Of a DNA stretch of 64,000 nucleotides, positions 35,578-45,348 are shown piece after piece. The stretch's first letter is position 1. Each line of letters opens with the position of its first letter. Position numbers and translations under genes: made by a program. The notes beneath the pieces were generated by a model. It saw nothing but the letters and a program-made list of their open reading frames with translations. It was not told where the DNA came from and did no database searches. This DNA is from Pseudomonadota bacterium (lineage in GTDB: Bacteria; Pseudomonadota; Alphaproteobacteria; Rhodobacterales; Rhodobacteraceae). Where the stretch lies: positions 9,159 to 73,158 of the forward strand of contig JBCBAT010000016.1 of NCBI GenBank assembly GCA_038532355.1. The letters are read 5' to 3'.

Positions 35578-36018
35578 CTACCACCGCTTGAGAGCGGCCT
35601 CATCCTCATCCTTCGCGGCAACCCAATCCGCGCCGTCCTGGGTCACTTCCTTCTTCCAAAACGGCGCGCGGGATTTGAGGTAGTCCATCAGGAAATCCGC
35701 CGCCTCAAAGGCCGCCGCGCGGTGCGGGGCGGCGGTGGCGACCATCATGATCATCTCATCCGGGGCAAGTGGCCCGTGGCGGTGAATGACAAGCACATCG
35801 CCCAAGGCGAAGCGGTCCATCGCCTCCTCAGCGATTTGGGTCAGGGCGGCCTCGGTCATGCCGGGGTAGTGTTCGATTTCCATCGTGCTGAGGCCCCCCG
35901 CCACATCGCGCACCACGCCCGTAAACGTCACGATCGCGCCCATCCCTGTCTGTCGCGTGGCAAAGGCACTGGCCTCGTGGCCCAGATCAAACGGCGCGGA
36001 TTGGACCCGGATGTCCAT
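35578..36018 (-). CDS. moaE: Molybdopterin synthase large subunit
   Basis: GAIVTFTGVVR, EHYPGM, HRAAAFEAADFLMDYLKSRAPFWKKE. Confidence 0.96.
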   Translation of the reverse strand: MDIRVQSAPFDLGHEASAFATRQTGMGAIVTFTGVVRDVAGGLSTMEIEHYPGMTEAALTQIAEEAMDRFALGDVLVIHRHGPLAPDEMIMMVATAAPHRAAAFEAADFLMDYLKSRAPFWKKEVTQDGADWVAAKDEDEAALKRW

Positions 36019-36263
36019 TAGCCGCCTGTCATGGGTGGAAAGAACGCCACCTCGCGGGCATCGCCCAGCGGCGCATCGAAATCTGAAAGCTCCTGATCCA
36101 CCGCGACGCGCAGCGCTGTCAGATCAGCAAACGCCGCCTCATAGCGCACCTCGCGCGCGCGCAACTCCTCGACCAAATCCATCACCGTGGCGGCCTTCGT
36201 CTCCACCACATCCTTTGGGCGGCCAATCCGTTCGCGCACCCATGCGAAATAGAGCACATCCAT
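36018..36263 (-). CDS. moaD: Molybdopterin synthase sulfur carrier
   Basis: VLYFAWVRE, C-terminal EVAFFPPMTGG. Confidence 0.96.
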   Translation of the reverse strand: MDVLYFAWVRERIGRPKDVVETKAATVMDLVEELRAREVRYEAAFADLTALRVAVDQELSDFDAPLGDAREVAFFPPMTGG

Positions 36264-36266
36264 GGT

Positions 36267-36932
36267 TCAATCCTTCAGGTAAGGGACAGACTTTTGGAAG
36301 TAATCAAACCCGCTGATCAAGGTCAACGCGGCCGCAAGCCACAGCATCCAAAGCCCGATCCGCCCCGACCAGATCATGCCATCCAGCTTCCATTGCAGCC
36401 CCTGCAAATCCTCCACCTGGCCGGTCAGAATGGCATCCACCATCCCCTGATCCATGCCATCCGTGCTGGCAATCAGGTAATGTTCAAACGTGCCTTGCGC
36501 GAACAGAAACGCAATCGCCACCATCTGCGCTGTCGTCTTCCACTTGGCCACTTTGGTCGCGCTGAGCGTGCTGGATTTATCGCCGAGGAATTCGCGCAGG
36601 CCAGAGATAAAGATCTCCCGAAAGAGGATCACGGTGGCAGGCAGCACCAGCCACGGCGTCCAATGCGATGACGAATACCCCACGATCACCATCAGCGCGA
36701 TCACCACCATGGCCTTATCGGCAATGGGATCGAGCATCGTGCCCAGCTTTGTCGTTTGCTTCCACGCCCGCGCCAGATACCCATCGGCCCAATCCGTGAC
36801 GGCGGCGGAGACGAAGAGGATCAGCGCAAACCAATCCGCCCAGGGCCGCGTGAAATAAAGAAACATCACAGCCACGGCGGGCGCCGCAAGCAGCCGCAGG
36901 ATCGTCAGGATATTCGGGATCGTCCAGGTCAT
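36267..36932 (-). CDS. pgsA: CDP-diacylglycerol--glycerol-3-phosphate 3-phosphatidyltransferase
   Basis: IPNILT, TDWADGYLAR..G.MLDPIADK CDP-alcohol phosphotransferase motif. Confidence 0.95.
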   Translation of the reverse strand: MTWTIPNILTILRLLAAPAVAVMFLYFTRPWADWFALILFVSAAVTDWADGYLARAWKQTTKLGTMLDPIADKAMVVIALMVIVGYSSSHWTPWLVLPATVILFREIFISGLREFLGDKSSTLSATKVAKWKTTAQMVAIAFLFAQGTFEHYLIASTDGMDQGMVDAILTGQVEDLQGLQWKLDGMIWSGRIGLWMLWLAAALTLISGFDYFQKSVPYLKD

Positions 36933-37094
36933 GGGACCTGTCTAGTGCGAAACCGATTTAGTCCGCAACCAGCGATCAACCGGATCGCCCTCAGGCCAGG
37001 GGAGGCGCAACATGGCCGCACCCCCTTTGTCATTAACCGAATGATAGAGGCATGGCGGGTATAGCACCCTGATCAGACACGGAGAGAGCATCAC

Positions 37095-38549
37095 ATGAAC
37101 GACCTGACGGGAAAAATCGCGCAGTTTCAATTGGACGGCACACAGCTGGACCGACTGGCAGAAGCGGGTGACATCCTGATCCCGCGGTTGGAAGAGGTGC
37201 TGACAACCTTTTATGAACGCGCGCTTTCAGATCCGGATGCGCGATCCTTTTTCAAAGACGATCAACGCGTCGATTTCGCCAGAAGCGCGCAGAAGACGCA
37301 TTGGGAACATCTTCTGTCAGGCCAGTTGAACTCCGAATACGCAGCCTCCGTCGACCGGATCGGGCGAACGCATGCGCGAATCAATCTGCCCCTTGAGGTC
37401 TATATGTCGGCCTATGCCGGGGCCTCTTCGCAATTGCTGGACATGATTGCCGCCGTTCCACCGCAAACCAGCCGATTTTCGCGCCCCCAGCCATCGCACG
37501 GGCATCTCGTGGGCGTCGTGAGCCGCGCCTTCGCCTTTGACATTGAACAAGTGACAACGGTCACATTCGCCGTCTGGGGGGAGGAACAGGAGATTGCAAT
37601 CCGGCATCTGACATCCGCCATGGATGCGCTGTCCAGGGGCAAGCTTTCGCATAGGATACCGTCGCCCGAAACAAGTGACTTCCCCGAACACTACACAGCG
37701 TTGCGCGACAGCTTCAACACATCCCTTGAGGGGCTGAGATTTGCAATAGAAGGCGTGGTCGATACGGCCAGCCAAATGGGCGAAACGGCGCAATCCGTGC
37801 GGTCCGCCACGTCCGAGTTTTCGATGCGCACCGAAAGTCAGGCGGCCACGCTTGAAGAAACCTCAGCCGCCATGACGGAATTGAGCGCGAGTGTTTCGGC
37901 GACGGCCGACAGCGCGCAAGAAGCATCTGCCTTTGCAAGTGATGCAAGTCAAAAGGCCAATGCCGGGTCCGGCGTTCTGATGAAAGCCGTCACGGCCATG
38001 GATGAAATCCAAAAGTCGTCCAATGAAATCCAGAACATCGTGGGATTGATTGAGGATATTGCGTTTCAAACCAATTTGTTGGCCCTGAATGCCGGGGTTG
38101 AGGCAGCACGGGCAGGCAGTTCCGGGCGCGGCTTTGCGGTGGTGGCCTCAGAAGTGCGCAGCCTTGCACAGCGATCCTCCGAGGCCGTCAGCGACATCAA
38201 GACCCTGATTGAAGCATCCTCCAAGAATGTCACGGATGGCGTCAGTTTCGTGGGAGAGACCGGAGACGTGTTTTCCGAAATCTCGGGGATGGTCGAAGGG
38301 ATCACACGCTTGGTGAAAGACATCAGCGAAGCCGCCGTGCAACAGGCGCAAGGCGTGTCCGAGGTCACCACCGCCGTCAGTGAGTTGGAAAACGTCACGA
38401 ACAACAATGCGGCGATGGCCGAGGAAACGGCCGCATCGGCAGAATTGTTGTCGCAAAATGTTCAGGCCTTGACCCAGATGACAGGCCAGTTCGACATCAA
38501 CCTGGCGGAGGAGGACATGATGTCGGAACCCTTGGCGAAGTCCGCTTGA
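37095..38549 (+). CDS. Globin-coupled methyl-accepting chemotaxis protein (HemAT-like, cytoplasmic)
   Basis: N-terminal sensor globin (TFY, QKTHW, IGRTHARINL) and MCP hairpin IAFQTNLLALNAGVEAARAGSSGRGFAVVASEVRSLAQRS; no TM segment. Confidence 0.9.
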   Translation: MNDLTGKIAQFQLDGTQLDRLAEAGDILIPRLEEVLTTFYERALSDPDARSFFKDDQRVDFARSAQKTHWEHLLSGQLNSEYAASVDRIGRTHARINLPLEVYMSAYAGASSQLLDMIAAVPPQTSRFSRPQPSHGHLVGVVSRAFAFDIEQVTTVTFAVWGEEQEIAIRHLTSAMDALSRGKLSHRIPSPETSDFPEHYTALRDSFNTSLEGLRFAIEGVVDTASQMGETAQSVRSATSEFSMRTESQAATLEETSAAMTELSASVSATADSAQEASAFASDASQKANAGSGVLMKAVTAMDEIQKSSNEIQNIVGLIEDIAFQTNLLALNAGVEAARAGSSGRGFAVVASEVRSLAQRSSEAVSDIKTLIEASSKNVTDGVSFVGETGDVFSEISGMVEGITRLVKDISEAAVQQAQGVSEVTTAVSELENVTNNNAAMAEETAASAELLSQNVQALTQMTGQFDINLAEEDMMSEPLAKSA

Positions 38550-38586
38550 CCAGGTTGAGAAGGCGCGGCGGGTCGCTTTGAGAAAA

Positions 38587-40458
38587 TCAGCCCTTTTCGT
38601 GGAAGTGATCAAACACCTTCTTGGCCAACGCCGCTGACACCCCCTCCACAGCCTTCAAATCCGCCAGATTGGCGCGGCTCACCGCCTTGGCAGATCCGAA
38701 ATGGGCCAGCAACGCGCGTTTGCGGGCCGCGCCTACGCCCGCGATGTCGTCCAAAGGCGAGGCGCTGATGGATTTGGCGCGCTTCGCACGGTGCGTACCG
38801 ATGGCAAAGCGGTGCGCTTCGTCCCGCAGGCGTTGCACGAAATAGAGCACCGGATCGTTGTGGCGCAGCGCCTTCACGGTTTTGCCCACGCGGTGGAACT
38901 CTTCCTTGCCCAGATCGCGGTCAATGCCCTTGGCCACGCCAATCATGGGAATATCCGTCACACCCAGCTCTGTCATGATCTCATGCACCGCGCTCACCTG
39001 CCCTGCGCCGCCGTCAATAAGCAGCAGGTCAGGCCACAGCCCCTTTTCGCGATCCGGGTCATCCTTCAAAAGCCGCTTCAACCGACGGGTCAGCACCTCT
39101 TTCATCATGCCGAAATCATCGCCCGGGGTCAGCTCTTCGCCCTTGATGTTGAACTTGCGGTAGTGGTTTTTCATCCACCCTTCAGGCCCTGCCACGATCA
39201 TCGCGCCCACGGCATAGGCGCCTTGAATATGGGAGTTGTCATAGACCTCGATCCGGTCGGGGACCTTTGGCAGATCAAACGCCTCCGCCAGGCCCTTGAG
39301 CAGCTTGGCCTGGGTCGCGGCCTCAGACATTTTGCGTGCGAGACTTTCGCGGGCATTGCGGAGTGCTGCATCGACCAGTTCTGCCTTTTCCCCCCGCTGC
39401 GGCACCAGAATTTCCACCTTGCGACCAATCTTCGTGCCCAGCGCGTCGGCCATCAGATCGGGGTCCTCAATCCCCTGGCTCAGAATCAACTGCCGCGCAG
39501 GATCCTTGCTGTCGTAGAACTGGCCGATGAAGGCCTCCAGCACCTCTGCCGCATCCACGTCCCCGCCCACCCGGGGGTAGAAATCCTTGTTCCCCCAATT
39601 CTGCCCCGCGCGGATGAAGAAGACCTGCACGCAAGCCTGCCCCTTTTCCATATGCAGCGCGATGATGTCGGCCTCATTGACCGTGCGCGGGTTGATGCCC
39701 TGATTGGTCTGCACGATCGTCAGCGCCTGGATCCTATCCCGCAGACTGGCCGCGCGTTCGAACTCCATGGCCTCGGATGCCGCCGCCATGTCTTTCTTCA
39801 GCCGTTCCTGCACTTCGGTCGATTTCCCGCTGAGAAAATCATCGGCCTGTTTGACCAGCTTGGCGTAATCCTGCGGCGTGATCTTGCCACAGCACGGACC
39901 CGCGCAGCGCTTCATGTGATAGTTGAGGCAAGGCCGGTCGCCCGCTTCCACCTCGCGGTCGGTACAGGTGCGCAGCAAAAACACCTTCTGCAACGTATTG
40001 AGCGTCCGGTTCACCGCACCCGCGCTGGCAAAGGGGCCATAGTACCGGCCTTTCCGCGTCTTCGCCCCGCGATGTTTTTCGAGCCGGGGAAATTCATGTT
40101 CGCTTGAGATGAAAATATACGGAAAACTTTTGTCATCCCGCAGCAGCACGTTGTAGCGCGGCTTCAGCTGCTTGATCAGGTTCTGTTCCAGCAGAAGCGC
40201 CTCGGTCTCCGTCGAGGTCGTCAGGAACATCATCGACGCCGTTTCCGAGATCATTCGCGCGATCCGCCGCGTGTGGCCGGTGGGGCGCGCATAGCTGGAT
40301 ACCCGCGCCTTAAGGTTCTTGGCCTTGCCCACGTAAAGCACCCGCGCCTGAGGATCGAGCATGCGGTACACGCCCGGTGATCCATCCAGAGACCGCAGGT
40401 AGCCCTGGATCACCTCATGGCCTGTTTTGGTGTCTTGTGTGGGTGTGTCGTCCATCAT
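38587..40458 (-). CDS. uvrC: Excinuclease ABC subunit C
   Basis: GIY-YIG (PGVYRM..LYVGKAKNLKARV), RIEVYDNSHIQG, LIDGGAGQ, QRLRDEAHRFA, C-terminal HhH. Confidence 0.97.
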   Translation of the reverse strand: MMDDTPTQDTKTGHEVIQGYLRSLDGSPGVYRMLDPQARVLYVGKAKNLKARVSSYARPTGHTRRIARMISETASMMFLTTSTETEALLLEQNLIKQLKPRYNVLLRDDKSFPYIFISSEHEFPRLEKHRGAKTRKGRYYGPFASAGAVNRTLNTLQKVFLLRTCTDREVEAGDRPCLNYHMKRCAGPCCGKITPQDYAKLVKQADDFLSGKSTEVQERLKKDMAAASEAMEFERAASLRDRIQALTIVQTNQGINPRTVNEADIIALHMEKGQACVQVFFIRAGQNWGNKDFYPRVGGDVDAAEVLEAFIGQFYDSKDPARQLILSQGIEDPDLMADALGTKIGRKVEILVPQRGEKAELVDAALRNARESLARKMSEAATQAKLLKGLAEAFDLPKVPDRIEVYDNSHIQGAYAVGAMIVAGPEGWMKNHYRKFNIKGEELTPGDDFGMMKEVLTRRLKRLLKDDPDREKGLWPDLLLIDGGAGQVSAVHEIMTELGVTDIPMIGVAKGIDRDLGKEEFHRVGKTVKALRHNDPVLYFVQRLRDEAHRFAIGTHRAKRAKSISASPLDDIAGVGAARKRALLAHFGSAKAVSRANLADLKAVEGVSAALAKKVFDHFHEKG

Positions 40459-40534
40459 CCGCCCGGAAGTCTGATTCTGCGCCCTGCTGCAATCTTACCG
40501 CGTTAAGGGCAAGGGGAAAGCTGTCCCCGGTTAT

Positions 40535-40709
40535 TGTGGATAACTCTGCTGATAACTTCTGGTCAGAGGCAAAATCCCGTGTGTTTCAGCCCGTTTCCTT
40601 GATTTGCCTAAATATTAGGCGCAATTGTAAGTGATTGATTTTGCTTATAATTTAATTGCGCGTTAAGTAAATTACTGAAATCATTAGTAATTTTTAAACC
40701 ATTCCTAAC
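40535..40709. promoter_or_regulatory. Cluster of DnaA box, IHF site and CtrA boxes with an AT-rich core; candidate oriC
   Basis: TGTGGATAA 40535-40543; TGCTGATAA 40547-40555; reverse IHF AATCAA-TCAC-TTA 40628-40640; TTAA-TTGCGCG-TTAA 40652-40666; TTAA-ACCATTC-CTAAC 40694-40709; 20 G+C in the 80 nt at 40621-40700. Confidence 0.65.
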
Positions 40710-40747
40710 GGTTTTGTGACGAAGTGCACAATTCACGCGGCATGCGA

Positions 40748-41539
40748 TCATTCCAGCCCCAGAATGTCGGGGGTTTGCCACGCCAGATGCTGCCCGCCGT
40801 CGACGCAGATCACCTGCCCTGTGACAGCCTTGGCGCGCAACAGATAGGCCAGCGCGGCGCAGATATCTTCCGGGTCTGACCCACGCTCCAGCACAGTGGC
40901 GGCGCGCTGTCGGGCGAAATGCTCTTCTGTCTGACGCCCCCCACGCATGGTCGGGCCGGGGCCAATGGCATTGACGCGGATCCCCGGCGCGAGGCTTTGC
41001 GCCGCCGTCCGTGTGAAGGCCCACAGGCCCATCTTGGCGATGGTATAGCTCATGAATTCCGGGGTCAGTTTGCGCACGCGTTGATCCAGCATATTGACGA
41101 CCATCGCTTGTGCCACCGGCTCCCCTTGCGCGTCGATCACCGCCTCAGGTGCCTGCGCGGCGAAGGCTTGGGCCAGCACGAATGGCGCGCGCAGGTTCGA
41201 TTCCAGATGCCTGTCCCAACTGTCGCGCGTCGCAGATTGCAGGTTGTCATATTCAAAGACCGACGCGTTGTTGACCAGCACCGTCAGCGGCCCGCCCAGC
41301 GCCTCAACCGCGCGGGGGATCAGCGCTTGCATGTCGTTTTCCACCAGAAGATCGGCTTGCAACGCAGCGGCCTTGCGGCCCATCGACGTGATCTCTTCCA
41401 CCACCGCGTTGGCGGCATCCGCGGAACTGGCATAATGAACGGCCACGTCATAGCCCTGCCCCGCCAGTTCCAGGGCCATCGCCCGGCCAAGGCGTTTGCC
41501 TGCGCCTGTCACCAAAGCCCGCGCATGTGTTGTCGTCAT
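40748..41539 (-). CDS. SDR oxidoreductase, pteridine reductase/FolM-like
   Basis: ALVTGAGKRLG, VLVNNAS, YTIAK (YxxxK), RVNAIGPG, TGQVICVDGG. Confidence 0.88.
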   Translation of the reverse strand: MTTTHARALVTGAGKRLGRAMALELAGQGYDVAVHYASSADAANAVVEEITSMGRKAAALQADLLVENDMQALIPRAVEALGGPLTVLVNNASVFEYDNLQSATRDSWDRHLESNLRAPFVLAQAFAAQAPEAVIDAQGEPVAQAMVVNMLDQRVRKLTPEFMSYTIAKMGLWAFTRTAAQSLAPGIRVNAIGPGPTMRGGRQTEEHFARQRAATVLERGSDPEDICAALAYLLRAKAVTGQVICVDGGQHLAWQTPDILGLE

Positions 41540-41555
41540 AGGTCTTCCTTAAAAT

Positions 41556-42512
41556 TCAGGTCAGTACCACACCGACATAGATCACGTAGAGCGCGGTCAA
41601 GGCGATGCCCCACACGCGGCCGATATCTTTGCCCATGAAGACAAACGGCACCAGCAACACCGATGCACCCAGCATCACCCACAGGTCAAATTCAAGGAAG
41701 TCCGGATCCACCGGGATCGGCGCAAAGAGCGCGGTGATCCCGATCACGGCCAGCAGGTTGAACATGTTCGACCCGATCACATTGCCCAGCGCCACATCCG
41801 CCTGCTTGCGGATCGCGGCCATCACGGTGGTGGCCAGTTCCGGCAACGATGTGCCCAGCGCCACCAGCGTCAAGCCGATCGTGGCATCACTCACCCCATA
41901 TTGCTTGGCAATAATGGAAGCATTGTCGACCAGCAGCCCCGCCCCCAAAGGCAGGCCCACAAGGCCCAGAACCAGAAAGACACCGATCTGCCACCAGGGC
42001 ATGTCGGGGTCTGCGCCTTCGACCTCTTCGGCCTCTGTCGGGGCGTCCGAGCAAGGCGCCTGATGCCTCAGCGCATCGCGCGCCGTGTCCAGCAGCATCA
42101 CGGCCAGCAGCGCCAGAAGCACCACGGCCGCCAGCAGATCGAATTGGCCCCGGAAGGCCAGCGCGATGAACACAAGCGACACACCGATCATGAACAGATA
42201 GGTCTTCCGCGTGTCACAGGTCGATGTATGAAGCACGGCGATCAACGCAGGCACGCCCAGAACCAACAGGATATTGGCCGTGTTGGACCCAACCACATTG
42301 CCCAGCGCGAGGCCGGGCTTGCCCTCCAGCACCGCGTCGATGCTGATCAAAAGCTCAGGCGCAGAGGTGCCGAAGGCCACGATCGTAAGGCTGACAAGCA
42401 AGGCCGGGACGCCGATCCGCAGGCTCAGGTTCACCGCGCCCTTGACCAATGCATCCCCCGCCAACAGCAGGATCACAAGGCCAAGGCCCGCAAGCAACCA
42501 CACCGAAATCAT
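41556..42512 (-). CDS. Calcium/sodium antiporter (YrbG/CaCA family)
   Basis: Two alpha repeats AFGTSAPEL..GNVVGSN and ALGTSLPEL..GNVIGSN. Confidence 0.93.
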   Translation of the reverse strand: MISVWLLAGLGLVILLLAGDALVKGAVNLSLRIGVPALLVSLTIVAFGTSAPELLISIDAVLEGKPGLALGNVVGSNTANILLVLGVPALIAVLHTSTCDTRKTYLFMIGVSLVFIALAFRGQFDLLAAVVLLALLAVMLLDTARDALRHQAPCSDAPTEAEEVEGADPDMPWWQIGVFLVLGLVGLPLGAGLLVDNASIIAKQYGVSDATIGLTLVALGTSLPELATTVMAAIRKQADVALGNVIGSNMFNLLAVIGITALFAPIPVDPDFLEFDLWVMLGASVLLVPFVFMGKDIGRVWGIALTALYVIYVGVVLT

Positions 42513-42682
42513 TTGCGGCCCTTCTTGCGGGCATCACAGCAGGGCGTCTTGCCGATCTGGAACTTCTTGCAGTCAGGGCATCGCATGGACGCGATCTTTT
42601 TCTGCCCCGGAAACCGCAGTTTGCCGAACATGGCGAGCACCGCCATGAACACCAGGAAAAGGGCTGCGATCTTGCTCAGCAC
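42509..42682 (-). CDS. 57-aa membrane-anchored protein with CxxC...CC (below the ORF-track cutoff)
   Basis: GTG 42682: MLSKIAALFLVFMAVLAMFGKLRFPGQKKIASMRCPDCKKFQIGKTPCCDARKKGRK; starts 2 nt after the S49 peptidase stop and overlaps the antiporter start (ATGA). Confidence 0.8.
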   Translation of the reverse strand: MLSKIAALFLVFMAVLAMFGKLRFPGQKKIASMRCPDCKKFQIGKTPCCDARKKGRK

Positions 42683-42684
42683 GT

Positions 42685-43470
42685 CTAAAGACCAAACCGT
42701 GCAAACGCCGCACGTTCTTCGATCACGCCGACCGCATCATCCATCATCTGCGCCCCGAAGCGGCCAAAGAGCCCGCGCTTGCGCCCGAATTTGGCAAAGC
42801 GCACCTTGTCGCCATAAAGCTCTTTCAGCTTGGGTTCTGCGTGGCCGATGCCATCCGCCAGACCCAGATCGACCGCCGCCTGACCCAGCCAGAATTCGCC
42901 TGTGAAGAGGTCGGTGTCTTGCGACAGCTTTTCACCCCGGCGCGATTTAATCTGCGCGATGAACGTGTCATGCAGCTGGCTCAGGATACCTTCCAGCCGC
43001 TTCACATCTTCTTTTTTCTCGGGCCGGAACGGATCGAGCATGGATTTGGATTTGCCAGCCGTGTGCACGCGGCGTTCAAACCCCTGCCGGGCGAGGAATT
43101 CATGCGCCCCAAACGTGGCGGCAATCACGCCGATGGACCCCACGATGGAACTGTCATCAATCCAGATGTCATCGGCGGCTGATGCCAGCCAATACCCGCC
43201 CGAGGCGGCCACATCTTCGACAAAGGCATGGACCGGAATATCCTTTTCATCCGCCAAGCGGCGAATGCGCGACCCGATCAGCGAGGATTGCGCGGGGGAG
43301 CCGCCCGGCGAATTGATCACCAGCGCGACCGCGACAGGTTTCTTGGCGAAGGCCTTTTCAATCACCGGGCCAATCGAGGCATCATTGAGCGCGCGCGCGC
43401 CGGAGCCGATGGCCCCTGACAGACGAATAACCGCCACTGTGGGGTGGCGGTTCACAAATGGGATCTTCAT
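42685..43470 (-). CDS. S49 family peptidase (SppA/SohB-like)
   Basis: INSPGGSP, AASGGYWLASAAD, SIVGSIGV, GKSKSMLDPF. Confidence 0.92.
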   Translation of the reverse strand: MKIPFVNRHPTVAVIRLSGAIGSGARALNDASIGPVIEKAFAKKPVAVALVINSPGGSPAQSSLIGSRIRRLADEKDIPVHAFVEDVAASGGYWLASAADDIWIDDSSIVGSIGVIAATFGAHEFLARQGFERRVHTAGKSKSMLDPFRPEKKEDVKRLEGILSQLHDTFIAQIKSRRGEKLSQDTDLFTGEFWLGQAAVDLGLADGIGHAEPKLKELYGDKVRFAKFGRKRGLFGRFGAQMMDDAVGVIEERAAFARFGL

Positions 43471-43606
43471 GTTCATCTCGACGATGTAGAGAGGCAGGCC
43501 CCCGGAAACAAGGCGGTGGGCAGGAGAGAAATCTGGTGAAACGGAAAAACCCTGCAGGATCGGGCAAATAAGTCACGTCCCGCACCGATGATCACGGGCG
43601 GGATAT

Positions 43607-43630
43607 GAGTATTTTTGGAAAGATGAAGCC
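43607..43630. repeat. Family B half-site
   Basis: GAGTATTTTTGGAAAGATGAAGCC, one arm only, 6 nt past the ABC permease stop. Confidence 0.55.
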
Positions 43631-43636
43631 GGGATG

Positions 43637-44398
43637 TCAGCTTCTGATCCGGTAGCCCGTCTTGAAGATGCGCCAGATCAGGAACAGGCAGATCGCAGTA
43701 AAGGCCGCGATGGCCAGAAGCGAAGTGCCGATGGCCACATCCGCCTCCCCGAAGAACGACCAGCGGAAGCCGGAGATGAGATAGACCACCGGGTTGAACA
43801 GCGTCACCGTCTGCCAGAAAGGCGGAAGCATGGAGATCGAATAAAACGATCCCCCGAGGAAGACGAGCGGCGTGATGATCAAAAGCGGCACCAACTGGAT
43901 CTGTTCGAAATTCTGCGCCCAGATGCCGATGATGAACCCGAACAGGGAGAAACTTAGGCAGGTCATCAAAAGGAACGCGATCATCGCACCGGGATGGGCA
44001 ATTTCGTAATCCACAAAGAAGAACGAGGTGACAAGGATCAGCACCCCGATGAACAGCGCCTTGGTCGCCGCCGCGCCGACATAGCCCACGACCACTTCGA
44101 AGAAATTGACGGGCGCGGAAAGCAGTTCAAAGATCGTGCCCGTCCATTTGGGCAAGTAAATCCCGAAAGACGCGTTGCTCACCGATTGGGTCATGACGGA
44201 CAGCATGATGAGACCCGGCACGATGAAAGCGCCGTAGCTGACGCCCTCCACCTCTTCGATCCGGCTGCCGATGGCCGCGCCGAACACCACGAAGTACAGC
44301 GAGGTCGACAGCACCGGCGACACGAAGCTTTGCATCAGCGTGCGCACGAAACGGCTCATCTCAAAGAGGTAGATCGACCAGATGGCGATGAGGTTCAT
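43637..44398 (-). CDS. ABC-2 type transporter permease (YadH-like)
   Basis: [53 protein letters not shown]. Confidence 0.9.
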   Translation of the reverse strand: MNLIAIWSIYLFEMSRFVRTLMQSFVSPVLSTSLYFVVFGAAIGSRIEEVEGVSYGAFIVPGLIMLSVMTQSVSNASFGIYLPKWTGTIFELLSAPVNFFEVVVGYVGAAATKALFIGVLILVTSFFFVDYEIAHPGAMIAFLLMTCLSFSLFGFIIGIWAQNFEQIQLVPLLIITPLVFLGGSFYSISMLPPFWQTVTLFNPVVYLISGFRWSFFGEADVAIGTSLLAIAAFTAICLFLIWRIFKTGYRIRS

Positions 44399-45348
44399 GG
44401 CGTGTCTCCCGTATCATTGCGGGCCGGGTCTTCCTCCAGCAGCCCCACGAAAATCTCTTCCAGGCTTGATTGCGATGTCTGGATATCGCGCAGGCCCAAA
44501 CCTGCCTCGGACAGCGCCGACAAAAGCCGCGTGATCCCGGTGCGTTCGCCCGTCGCCTCATAGGTGTAGGTCAGCCGCCGCCCGCCTTCGGTGATCGCCA
44601 GATCAAAGGCGGCCAGCGCCTCGGGCAGCGCGGCAATGGGTTCGGTCAGTTCCACATCCAGCTGCTTTTGCCCCATGCGCTGCATCAGCGCGGCTTTTTC
44701 TTCCACCAGCAGGATTTCTCCGTGATTGATCACCGCCACACGGTCGGCAATCGCCTCCGCCTCTTCGATGTAATGGGTGGTCAGGATGATGGTGACGCCG
44801 TCGCGCTTCAGCCCTTCGACCACGTTCCACATGTCCCGGCGCAATTCCACATCGACGCCCGCCGTGGGTTCATCCAGAAACAGCACGCGGGGTTCATGAT
44901 AAAGCGCCTTGGCGATCATCACCCGCCGCTTCATGCCCCCCGACAGCGCCGTCACCCGCGTGTCGCGCTTGTCCCAAAGCGTCAGCTTGCGCAGGATGTC
45001 TTCGAGCAACGCCGCGTCCTGGCGCATCCCGAACAGCCCACGGGTGTAGCGCACCGTGTCGATCACCTTTTCAAAGGGCTCCAATGAGATTTCCTGCGGC
45101 ACAAGCCCCACCAATTGCCGCGCTTTGCGGTAGCCCGTGCGCACATCATGCCCACCGATGCGCGCGCTGCCCGATGTGGGCTCCGATATACCGCAGAGCG
45201 TGGAAATCAGCGTGGTCTTGCCCGCCCCGTTGGGCCCCAGCAGCGCGAGGATCTCGCCTTCCTGAATGGACAAGGACACGCCCTTGAGCGCCTCAAACCC
45301 ATCCGCGTACCGCTTGGCAAGATGTTCAACTTCGACAATGGAAGACAC
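44395..45348 (-). CDS. ABC transporter ATP-binding protein (YadG-like)
   Basis: [33 protein letters not shown]; likely GTG start at 45348. Confidence 0.92.
   Translation of the reverse strand: MSSIVEVEHLAKRYADGFEALKGVSLSIQEGEILALLGPNGAGKTTLISTLCGISEPTSGSARIGGHDVRTGYRKARQLVGLVPQEISLEPFEKVIDTVRYTRGLFGMRQDAALLEDILRKLTLWDKRDTRVTALSGGMKRRVMIAKALYHEPRVLFLDEPTAGVDVELRRDMWNVVEGLKRDGVTIILTTHYIEEAEAIADRVAVINHGEILLVEEKAALMQRMGQKQLDVELTEPIAALPEALAAFDLAITEGGRRLTYTYEATGERTGITRLLSALSEAGLGLRDIQTSQSSLEEIFVGLLEEDPARNDTGDTP

Noticed and set aside
43499-43520. CCCCCGGAAACAAGGCGG resembling a family A block
   Set aside because: Only about 12 nt match, with none of the inverted arms; could be chance.
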